Shown piece after piece: positions 18,830-26,166 of a stretch of DNA of 27,264 nucleotides. This DNA is from an uncultured Ruminococcus sp. (GTDB lineage Bacteria > Bacillota > Clostridia > Oscillospirales > CAG-272). Position numbers and translations under genes: made by a program. The number at the start of each line of letters is the position of its first letter. Within the stretch, counting starts at the first letter, position 1. Under the pieces are notes generated by a model. That model ran no database searches and was not told the DNA's origin. It saw only the letters and a program-made list of their open reading frames with translations. Where the stretch lies: positions 1 to 27,264 of the forward strand of contig CAYXAC010000001.1 in NCBI GenBank assembly GCA_964463025.1. Reading direction: 5' to 3'.

Positions 18830-21274
18830 ATGAAAAAATATTTAATATACACAGTTTCGCTGATTGTATGTCTTTGTATCTGCCTTTCGTTTTCCCTGAC
18901 TGTCCTCGCGGCAGAGGGGCAGAGTGTGACCGAATATAAGTATTCTGCGGCGCAGGATTGCTATATCAGCTCACTCACCTCTAGCCAGAAGACCACTCCT
19001 ACGGGTGGCGACCTGACCGTGAGATCGCATACCGCCTCCGGTTCGGTTCGTTCTTATTTGCAGTTTTCTATTACAGGATACGAGAATATAGCTACTGTAT
19101 CGAGCGTCGAGCTATTTCTTAACGTAGACGCATCGAGTGCGGTTACTGATTTTTCGGGCTTCAGCGTCAGAGCATTGCCCCCCGAGGAGAACTCGTGGGA
19201 CGAGAACGCAGTAACCTGGAGTGACAAGACGGGCGTGAGCTTCTCGAGTAGCAACGCAGTCACCGTCAAGTCGACCGATTATGACGAGAAGACTCGCACG
19301 CTTATCATATCTCTTGATCCGCAGGTGTTGGCAACCTACGCTTACACGGATGCAGACACCGGCGAGAGTCTTATTTCGCTTGCCTATTACGGAGTTTCGA
19401 TGTACGTATGCAGTAGGGAGGGCGCTGCCGCAGGTAACGGCTTTGCACCCTACCTTGAGGTGAACAGATCCTTTGCGGTTACCACCGAGGCAGGCGCGGG
19501 CGGAAGCGTTACTTCAAGTGCTGATTCCGTACTTGTTGGCGAAAACGTCAGCTTCACCGTAAAGCCGAATGAGAATTACGCGATTTTCTCGGCACTTCTT
19601 AACGGCACCGACATTCTTCCCGAGCTTACAGCGAACGAAAACGGTGAGTATATTTATGAAGTAACCAACGTGCAAGAGGCACTTAATCTCAAGGTTTCAT
19701 TCATCTCAAATGATGCCGCCTTTTACGAGATTACCCTTTCCCCTACGGAGAACGGCAGCGTTAAAGCGAGCAAGAGTATGGTGACCGAGGGCGAGAGCGT
19801 TACGTACGAGATAACCCCCGACGAGCATTACGAGATCGAAAGCGTTCTTGTAAACGGCATCGACTATACCTCGTCGGTATCGGGCGGCACACTTACCCTT
19901 ACACCCACCGAGTCGCAGACCCTGACCGTAACCTTCAAGCCTGCGGAAGATCAGTATACCTTCTCTCTCTCGGTTGTCGGTGAGGGCGCAGCCTGGATCG
20001 GCAGCGACGAGAGCAGCACATCGGTTACGAAATGGGAGTCCGAGTGGACTGTGAGTGGGAATCTTGAACTCACAGTTATTCCCGCAGCGGGCTACGTAAT
20101 TGACTCGGTTACCCTCGGCGACGAGTCACCTGACGTACCTGGATACAAGCTATCTATTCCTTATTCAAAGATAAAATCCGACCTTATTTGTAAAGTTCTG
20201 TTTACAAAAGACGAGATAAACGACGAAACACTCAAGTTTTATCCCACAGCAGACACCTACGTGACCTCGGGCGATCCCGACACAGCTTACGGAGCCGATC
20301 AGGCTATTCTTGTTAAAAGATCCAGTTCGGGCGGCCGCGTAGCGCTCTTTGGCTTTGACCTGACTCACGTTACCGATTTTTCTTCGGTAAATCTTAACCT
20401 TTACAACAGCCTTGACGGCACCTTTGGCGGTTATAAGCTGACCGTATATGCCTTTACAGGTCTTGCACTTGACGAGAGGGCATCTACCTGGAATTCGCTT
20501 GGTATGAGCAGTATTATAACCACCGACGACCTAGGTTTGACCGTAGCCTCTATGGGAACAGAGATTACCGTGATAGAGCAGGCAGATTTCAAGAACAAGA
20601 CGTGGACCAAAATAGACGTTTCGTCATTCGTTCTTGCGGCAAAGCTCAGCGGTATGGAAAGCGTAACCTTCGCGGTAGTTAATTCCGCGATAGACAATAG
20701 CAACGGCAAGCCTGTATCCTTTGCGTCAAAAGAAAGTAATCTTCTGGTAAACGGTGAGCTTGCTCGTCCTTATCTTTCCGTTACCAAGGGCTCGGCTACC
20801 GATGCACTTAATCAGCCTACCTTTAACCTTAACGTAATCGGTATGACGAGTGTAAAGATAAACGGTGTTTCCGCCCAGGGCGGTGAATACCGCTACTACA
20901 CGCCTATTGCCATTGATCTTGGCGATCTGCCCGAATCGACGGCAGTAAGCTCTGTTACCGTTAACGGTGAGCAAAGAGAGCTTGTTGACGGTGTGCTGTA
21001 TCTTAACGGAATGAAAGCTGACGTGACAGTAAACGTAATTACCGTAGCGCTTCGCGAGGTAAACGTAGTTTGCGACGAAGGTATAACCGCCGACACGGCG
21101 ACCGTTACTGTTGAGGAAAGCGGAAGCGTAACCGTAAGATTCAAAACCGACGCAGGTTGTAAGGCAGCGGTGACGGTAAACGGAATGGCCTTCTACTGCT
21201 CGGATAACGTCATCATTCTTGAGGATATAACCGAAACAACCGAGATTAAAATCGTCGCGGTCAAAATACGATAA
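18830..21274 (+). CDS. Secreted non-catalytic protein: two DNRLRE/CBM96-like domains separated by InlB-B/Flg_new-like beta repeats
   Basis: GAGGAGG RBS and signal peptide ...TVLA. AAQDCYI...RSYLQF...WDENAVTW...APYLEV and YPTADTYV...VALFGFDL...TWN...IDVSSFV...FASKE...RPYLSV. Repeats GE(N/S)V(S/T)(F/Y).(V/I).P.E.Y.I....NG. Confidence 0.75.
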   Translation: MKKYLIYTVSLIVCLCICLSFSLTVLAAEGQSVTEYKYSAAQDCYISSLTSSQKTTPTGGDLTVRSHTASGSVRSYLQFSITGYENIATVSSVELFLNVDASSAVTDFSGFSVRALPPEENSWDENAVTWSDKTGVSFSSSNAVTVKSTDYDEKTRTLIISLDPQVLATYAYTDADTGESLISLAYYGVSMYVCSREGAAAGNGFAPYLEVNRSFAVTTEAGAGGSVTSSADSVLVGENVSFTVKPNENYAIFSALLNGTDILPELTANENGEYIYEVTNVQEALNLKVSFISNDAAFYEITLSPTENGSVKASKSMVTEGESVTYEITPDEHYEIESVLVNGIDYTSSVSGGTLTLTPTESQTLTVTFKPAEDQYTFSLSVVGEGAAWIGSDESSTSVTKWESEWTVSGNLELTVIPAAGYVIDSVTLGDESPDVPGYKLSIPYSKIKSDLICKVLFTKDEINDETLKFYPTADTYVTSGDPDTAYGADQAILVKRSSSGGRVALFGFDLTHVTDFSSVNLNLYNSLDGTFGGYKLTVYAFTGLALDERASTWNSLGMSSIITTDDLGLTVASMGTEITVIEQADFKNKTWTKIDVSSFVLAAKLSGMESVTFAVVNSAIDNSNGKPVSFASKESNLLVNGELARPYLSVTKGSATDALNQPTFNLNVIGMTSVKINGVSAQGGEYRYYTPIAIDLGDLPESTAVSSVTVNGEQRELVDGVLYLNGMKADVTVNVITVALREVNVVCDEGITADTATVTVEESGSVTVRFKTDAGCKAAVTVNGMAFYCSDNVIILEDITETTEIKIVAVKIR

Positions 21275-21286
21275 GGAGAATGCAAA

Positions 21287-22081
21287 ATGAATAGAAACAA
21301 AAGACTTTTAATAGCGCTTCTCGTTTTAGCTATGACGCTGGTATTGCTTACCTCTTGCTTTGTTAAAAAGAGTAACGATCCGACACTTTCCATAAACGGA
21401 GAAGAAAACATAGAGCTTCCTCTTGGCGGCAGTATAACCTTTACCTCCGAGGCAACTCCCTCTGATGCAGAAATCACATGGTCTGTTGATGAAACCAATC
21501 TTGGTGACGAATACGTACTTGAGGGCAGCACCTTCACAGCGAAGCAGACGGCAGGATATGCCGTTATCAAGGCTAGCGGCTCAAACGGTGTGAGCGATTA
21601 CGTTACGATAGTTATCAACCGTGATTTTGCAGGCAACGCCGACACTAAGATCAAGGTTGCGTTCTACGCAGCAGACGGTGAGACCGTTATTGACGTTCGC
21701 TATGCCGATGCCGAGGGCAGAGTATCCTTCCCTGATTACGCGGTAGCAAATCACACGATCAGCTGGCTCGACGCCGATGGAATCGAGGTTGATACCTCTA
21801 CTGTAACCGTAACCGAGGACTCCGGCTTTACCGCAAAGGCAACAGCGCTTACGGTATACTACACCGTAAGATTCTGGTACTATGATAACAGCGGTGCGGC
21901 TGTTCAGGTTGGCGAAACCTTCAGCCTTGACTTTAATCACGGTGAAAGTGTTTCTCCCGAGCAGCGCGCTGAAATCGAGGCTGCTGCCGAGACGGCAACA
22001 GGTAAGGACATCGTCAACTGGAAATGCGTAATTTCCGCTGACGGCACGACTGTTGATTGGTATGCAGAGTTCGCGCAATAA
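21287..22081 (+). CDS. Small lipoprotein with Ig-like and InlB-B-repeat-like beta domains
   Basis: AAGGAG RBS, lipobox LLTSC, ATPSDAEITWSV...AVIKASG Ig-like segment, and VAFYAADGE...W and YTVRFWY segments. Confidence 0.7.
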   Translation: MNRNKRLLIALLVLAMTLVLLTSCFVKKSNDPTLSINGEENIELPLGGSITFTSEATPSDAEITWSVDETNLGDEYVLEGSTFTAKQTAGYAVIKASGSNGVSDYVTIVINRDFAGNADTKIKVAFYAADGETVIDVRYADAEGRVSFPDYAVANHTISWLDADGIEVDTSTVTVTEDSGFTAKATALTVYYTVRFWYYDNSGAAVQVGETFSLDFNHGESVSPEQRAEIEAAAETATGKDIVNWKCVISADGTTVDWYAEFAQ

Positions 22082-22099
22082 AAATTATATTTAACTTAG

Positions 22100-22136
22100 A
22101 AGAGCCTATCTCGCTTTTGAGATGGGTTCTTTTATT
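22100..22136 (+). terminator. Rho-independent terminator ending the glycan-processing cluster
   Basis: AAGAGCCTATCTC-GCTTTT-GAGATGGGTTCTT stem followed by a T-rich tail. Confidence 0.85.
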
Positions 22137-22152
22137 AGAATACTAGAAAAAC

Positions 22153-22181
22153 TTGACAAACTTTGCCCATAATGGTAGAAT
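22153..22181 (+). promoter_or_regulatory. SigA/sigma70-type promoter of bioY
   Basis: TTGACA (22153-22158), 17-nt spacer, TAGAAT (22176-22181), with an extended -10 TG. Confidence 0.8.
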
Positions 22182-22208
22182 ACATTAGGACTACGAAAGG
22201 AGGGAATT

Positions 22209-22742
22209 ATGAAAAAGGAATTTACGCGCGACCTGACTAAAGTAGCGTTTTTCGCAGCGCTGATGTGCGTCAGCGCATTCATTTATATCCCACTCCCCGT
22301 GCCGATAACTATGCAGACGCTCGTTGTGTTCTCCGCCCTCTTTATACTCGGCGGCAGAAACGGAAGTATCGCAGTTTTCATATATATAGCACTTGGAGCG
22401 CTTGGACTCCCCGTCTTTTCGGGCTTCTCGGGTGGAATATCAAGGCTCTTTGACGCTACGGGCGGATATATTCTCGGTATGCTCCTCGCATCACTCCTAT
22501 GGTGGCTGCTCGATAGTATTCTGCCCAAAAAGCCGAGCTTCAAAATACTGAATTCGCTTCTTGCATTATTCGTAATTTACCTATTTGGCACACTCTGGTT
22601 TGTATTTATTTACGCGGGTGGCGAAAAAACGCTCGGTGCAGTGCTTCTATCCTGCGTTGTTCCATTCCTGATTCCCGATCTAATTAAGCTCTATCTTGCG
22701 TACTATATATCCCGGAAAATACCGAATAGATTTTTATCCTAA
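22209..22742 (+). CDS. bioY: Biotin transporter S-component BioY
   Basis: PVPITMQT, LGALGLPVFSG, TGGYILG and PFLIPDLIK motifs. Hydrophobic, 177 aa. AAAGGAGG RBS. Confidence 0.93.
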   Translation: MKKEFTRDLTKVAFFAALMCVSAFIYIPLPVPITMQTLVVFSALFILGGRNGSIAVFIYIALGALGLPVFSGFSGGISRLFDATGGYILGMLLASLLWWLLDSILPKKPSFKILNSLLALFVIYLFGTLWFVFIYAGGEKTLGAVLLSCVVPFLIPDLIKLYLAYYISRKIPNRFLS

Positions 22743-22761
22743 AATAAAATCCAAGTCCCAC

Positions 22762-22790
22762 TTGCATATTTTATATTTATATGTTAAAAT
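22762..22790 (+). promoter_or_regulatory. SigA-type promoter of the sdaA operon
   Basis: TTGCAT (22762-22767), 17-nt spacer, TAAAAT (22785-22790), with an extended -10 TG in an AT-rich context. Confidence 0.65.
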
Positions 22791-22818
22791 ATAGAAAACG
22801 AATCTTTAGGAGAATTCT

Positions 22819-24018
22819 ATGAAATCCATAAGAGATATATACAAGATAGGCAAAGGACCGTCGTCGTCGCACACTATGGGACCTGCCAAGGCTATGAGCA
22901 TCTACGCGTGCGAGCATCCCGACGCCGAGAGCTACTGCGTCGTGCTTTTCGGCTCGCTTGCCGACACGGGCAAGGGGCACGGCACCGACAAGGCTATTGA
23001 GATGACGGCAGGCAAGCCTGTTGAAATTATATTTAATACCACCGATCGCGACCTTCCGCACGAGAATACTATGGATATTTATTCGGTAGTCGGCGGTGAG
23101 CGCACCGACAAAATGCGCGTTATGAGCGTCGGTGGCGGAGATATTGAGATAGAGGGCAGAGATGACGAGGGTGCCTCGAACGTTTATCCCGAGTCGAGCT
23201 TTACCGCTATTGCCGAATACTGTATGGCGCACGAGATTCGTCTGTCCGATTACGTCTTTATGCGCGAGGGCGAGGGAATCCGCGAGTTTCTCTTCGAGGT
23301 ATGGGGAGTAATGCAGAACGCAATCCATGAGGGACTTACGACCTCGGGTATTCTCCCCGGCGGTCTCGAGGTTGAGAGAAAGGCACAGCAGCTCTACAAC
23401 AAGCGCCATATCGACGAGCGCGAGGTGACGAGAGAGAACAGAATCGTCTGCGCCTACGCCTACGCTGTCAGCGAGCAGAATGCCGACAACGGCACTATCG
23501 TTACCGCGCCCACCTGCGGAGCGTGTGCGGTGCTTCCTTCGGTGCTTCGGTATATGCAGGAAAAGCACAGATTTTCCGACGAGCAAATTATCAGAGCTCT
23601 TGCGGTCGCAGGTCTTATCGGCACTCTGACCAAGACAAACGCCTCTATCAGTGGCGCTGAATGCGGCTGTCAAGCGGAGATAGGCACAGCTTGCTCGATG
23701 GCATCTGCCGCGCTCGGTGAGCTTTTTGAGATGGGCATTGACCAGATAGAATACGCCTCGGAGATAGCCTTTGAGCATCACCTCGGCCTGACCTGCGACC
23801 CCATTTGTGGCCTTGTGCAGATCCCCTGCATTGAACGCAATGCGGTTGCCGCTATGCGTGCGATAAACGCGGTCAATCTTGCCAATTTCCTCTCCGGCTC
23901 GCGAAAGATTTCGCTCGATATGGTTATCAAGACGATGTACGAAACAGGCAAGGACCTCTCGCACCACTACCGCGAAACCTCGACGGGCGGTCTTGCGAAG
24001 CTTTACGGAGGTAAATGA
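22819..24018 (+). CDS. sdaA: Fe-S-dependent L-serine ammonia-lyase (single chain, beta+alpha)
   Basis: IGKGPSSSHTMGP, GSLADTGKGHGTD, IVTAPTCG, SISGAECGCQAEIG, HHLGLTCDP, IPCIERN and YRETSTGGLA. Confidence 0.95.
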   Translation: MKSIRDIYKIGKGPSSSHTMGPAKAMSIYACEHPDAESYCVVLFGSLADTGKGHGTDKAIEMTAGKPVEIIFNTTDRDLPHENTMDIYSVVGGERTDKMRVMSVGGGDIEIEGRDDEGASNVYPESSFTAIAEYCMAHEIRLSDYVFMREGEGIREFLFEVWGVMQNAIHEGLTTSGILPGGLEVERKAQQLYNKRHIDEREVTRENRIVCAYAYAVSEQNADNGTIVTAPTCGACAVLPSVLRYMQEKHRFSDEQIIRALAVAGLIGTLTKTNASISGAECGCQAEIGTACSMASAALGELFEMGIDQIEYASEIAFEHHLGLTCDPICGLVQIPCIERNAVAAMRAINAVNLANFLSGSRKISLDMVIKTMYETGKDLSHHYRETSTGGLAKLYGGK

Positions 24019-24019
24019 T

Positions 24020-24187
24020 ATGGAAAAAGCAAAGATAGACAGAATCAACGAGCTTGGCAGGATAGCCAAGGAGCGTGAGTTGACCGAGGAAGAAACGGCA
24101 GAGCGACAGGCTCTGCGTGAGGAATATATCAAGTATTTCCGAGCTTCGATAAGAGGCGAAATCGAAAAGAAGGCAGATAAGGAGTAA
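24020..24187 (+). CDS. DUF896 (UPF0291/YnzC-like) small protein, 55 aa
   Basis: MEKAKIDRINELGRIAKERELTEEETAERQALREEYIKYFR matches the family pattern. GGAGG RBS at the end of sdaA. The true start is ATG 24020, not 23879. Confidence 0.88.
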   Translation: MEKAKIDRINELGRIAKERELTEEETAERQALREEYIKYFRASIRGEIEKKADKE

Positions 24188-24191
24188 TAAA

Positions 24192-24758
24192 ATGAGCGAA
24201 GATATAAGCAAAAAAATTCTGGGCGAGGCTCTCGGTCAGACGGCAGAGTCGGCAGATACCGAGGACGAGATTAGCAAATGCTCGATATGCAACGCAGTAA
24301 TTGAGAGCGAGGAGCCTGCTATTCTCACGATGGGCGGCTTCGGCTACCCGAGATATATCTGCGACGAATGCTCCTGCGATCTCGACGAGGCGAGCCTTGG
24401 TCGCGAGGAGCCGAAGATTGCCGCCGCGATGGACAGAATTGGCAAGAAAATGCTCGTTTCGGACCCCGATCATCAGACCTACGTGACGGTTACGGGTCTC
24501 ATGGCTATTGCTCACGAGCGAGCTTTGAAGATAAGAGAGGGAACCTACGATTTTTCGCTCGACGAGGCAGACGAAGGCGGCTTCGATGAGATTCCCGAGG
24601 AGCTTGCTGAGACCGAGGAGGACAAGGAGAAGGACAGAATCGACGAGGAGAAGGCAAAGGCGTTTGACAAATTCTTCAATTACGTTCTCATTGGCGTCGG
24701 CATAGGCTTCGTCGGCTTCATTATCTGGAAGCTCGTCAGCACCTTTTTGTTAAAATAA
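24192..24758 (+). CDS. Hypothetical acidic protein with a CxxC...CxxC motif and a C-terminal TM anchor
   Basis: AAGGAG RBS, CSIC and CDEC, acidic stretch, and hydrophobic C-terminus VLIGVGIGFVGFIIWKLV. Confidence 0.75.
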   Translation: MSEDISKKILGEALGQTAESADTEDEISKCSICNAVIESEEPAILTMGGFGYPRYICDECSCDLDEASLGREEPKIAAAMDRIGKKMLVSDPDHQTYVTVTGLMAIAHERALKIREGTYDFSLDEADEGGFDEIPEELAETEEDKEKDRIDEEKAKAFDKFFNYVLIGVGIGFVGFIIWKLVSTFLLK

Positions 24759-24769
24759 TACAAGTTGAG

Positions 24770-24805
24770 AAAATCCTCCGCATAGATTATAGCGGAGGAT
24801 TTTTT
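24770..24805 (+). terminator. Rho-independent terminator of the sdaA operon, overlapping the RBS of the next gene
   Basis: AAAATCCTCCGC-ATAGATTATA-GCGGAGGATTTT-TT, a perfect 12-bp stem. Confidence 0.8.
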
Positions 24806-24807
24806 GT

Positions 24808-26055
24808 ATGCAAATATCGTTTTTGATACCCCTTATGGTCACGGCAGTCGGCACGCTGCTACTCTTTAAGCTCAAATTTTTCTTTCTCGCTCACCCGGTA
24901 AGAACGGTGCGCGAATTCCTTTATGCCGCGAGGGAAAGAGCCGCAAGGCGCTCGCTCTTTCTTGCCCTGGCAGGCACGCTCGGAGTCGGCAACATATTCG
25001 GTGTCGCGGCAGGGATTATGATAGGCGGAGAGGGAAGCGTGTTTTGGTTGTTTCTGTCTTCGGTATTTGCTATGATAATCAAGTATTCCGAAACCCTGCT
25101 CGTCTTTGACACAGAGGGGAAGGGCGGAATGGCAGGTGCGCTGAAAAATATATTCCCGAGGGCGTCACGGCTTATCTCACCGATATACGCACTTCTGACT
25201 GTTTTGCTCGCACTCTTTATGGGTTCGGCGATGCAGAGCGCAGCGGTTGTCGACGTGGCAAGCAAGACACTCGGTATCTCTCCCTTTTGCACGGCGTTTA
25301 TACTTATAATTTTACTCTTTCCCTGTGTCATGGGAAACAATAAAGGAGTCGAGAATATTACCGAAATTATCATTCCTTTGACAACGATTATTTACATATT
25401 TATGTCATTTTGTGTGATTTTCCTGAATTTTCATAAAATTCCGTCGGCGATTTTCAGAATATTTAATTCCGCGTTTTCTGCAGAATCCGTCATAGGCGGC
25501 GCTTTTTCCTCGGTGTCGCTTATAGCGATTAAGGAGGGCTTCGCAAGAGGAATTCTCTCAAACGAGGCGGGAGTCGGCACCTCGGCTCTCGGACATTCGC
25601 GCTCCCTCGGGCGCACACCACACGTAGCGGGACTTTTCGGTATGTGTGAGGTGTTCTTCGACACCACGCTGCTCTGTATGCTAACGGCATTCGTGATTTT
25701 GTTATCCGTCGACGATATCTCTGCCTTTGCCACACCGATGTCACTCGTCACCGCTGCATTTACGGATTCTCTCGGCAATTTTTGGGGTTACATTCTCATG
25801 ATTCTGATATTTGCCTTCGCTTATTCCACGATAATCTGCTGGTACTCCTACGGCAGCGAATGCGTATCTCTTTATTTTCCTGTTGCCAAACTGATTTTCC
25901 CACCTGTATTTGCGCTCTTTCTCCTACTTTCCGCGCACCTTCCCTCGAGCCTTTTGATTTCCGCCACCGACATTATCCTCGTCTTGATGTCGCTGATAAC
26001 TCTCTCGGCAATAGTGAAAAGGGCAGGGCGAATCAAGGAATTGTCTTACCTATAG
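24808..26055 (+). CDS. Alanine/glycine:cation symporter (AGCS) family protein
   Basis: LAGTLGVGNIFGVA..I.IGGEGSVFW, IKYSE, GFARGILSNEAGVGT, EVFFDT and FAYSTIICWYSYG. Multiple TM segments. Confidence 0.88.
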   Translation: MQISFLIPLMVTAVGTLLLFKLKFFFLAHPVRTVREFLYAARERAARRSLFLALAGTLGVGNIFGVAAGIMIGGEGSVFWLFLSSVFAMIIKYSETLLVFDTEGKGGMAGALKNIFPRASRLISPIYALLTVLLALFMGSAMQSAAVVDVASKTLGISPFCTAFILIILLFPCVMGNNKGVENITEIIIPLTTIIYIFMSFCVIFLNFHKIPSAIFRIFNSAFSAESVIGGAFSSVSLIAIKEGFARGILSNEAGVGTSALGHSRSLGRTPHVAGLFGMCEVFFDTTLLCMLTAFVILLSVDDISAFATPMSLVTAAFTDSLGNFWGYILMILIFAFAYSTIICWYSYGSECVSLYFPVAKLIFPPVFALFLLLSAHLPSSLLISATDIILVLMSLITLSAIVKRAGRIKELSYL

Positions 26056-26102
26056 GAATGTTAATTGGAAATTCACTACGCCGTTCCCCTACGGACTATT
26101 TC

Positions 26103-26130
26103 ATTTCGAATTCCGAATTCCTAATTTCGA
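26103..26130. repeat. Four tandem 7-bp repeats (ATTYCNA)
   Basis: ATTTCGA ATTCCGA ATTCCTA ATTTCGA. A reverse-complement copy, TAGGAAT, lies at 26053-26059. Confidence 0.7.
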
Positions 26131-26133
26131 ATA

Positions 26134-26162
26134 AAAAGGACACGGTTGCACCGTGTCCTTTT
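26134..26162. terminator. Bidirectional rho-independent terminator between the convergent AGCS and hom genes
   Basis: AAAAGGACACGG-TTGCA-CCGTGTCCTTTT, with A/T tracts on both sides. Confidence 0.88.
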
Positions 26163-26166
26163 ACAT

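Noticed and set aside
18700..21274. T9SS C-terminal sorting domain (terminal KIK/KIR)
   Set aside because: All other signals indicate a Gram-positive clostridial genome, and other CTD motifs are absent. Kept only as an unexplained shared module.
22137..22208. BirA operator or riboswitch upstream of bioY
   Set aside because: No TGTAAAC/GTTTACA-like inverted repeat is visible and the leader is too short.
24016..24018. Genome-wide UGA reassignment (code 4 or 25) as an explanation for the lipobox TGA
   Set aside because: sdaA ends in TGA at its expected C-terminus, directly before the next gene, and no other long gene here contains an internal TGA.
23879..24019. N-terminal extension of the DUF896 ORF
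   Set aside because: It overlaps sdaA out of frame. The RBS and family similarity both begin at ATG 24020.
2521..24132. Long antisense ORFs (2521..4206, 6987..8309, 9526..10665, 12383..14650, 16038..17033, 22777..24132)
   Set aside because: They overlap well-supported sense genes, have no recognisable motifs or RBS, and are the shadows expected when TTA/CTA/TCA codons are rare on the coding strand.
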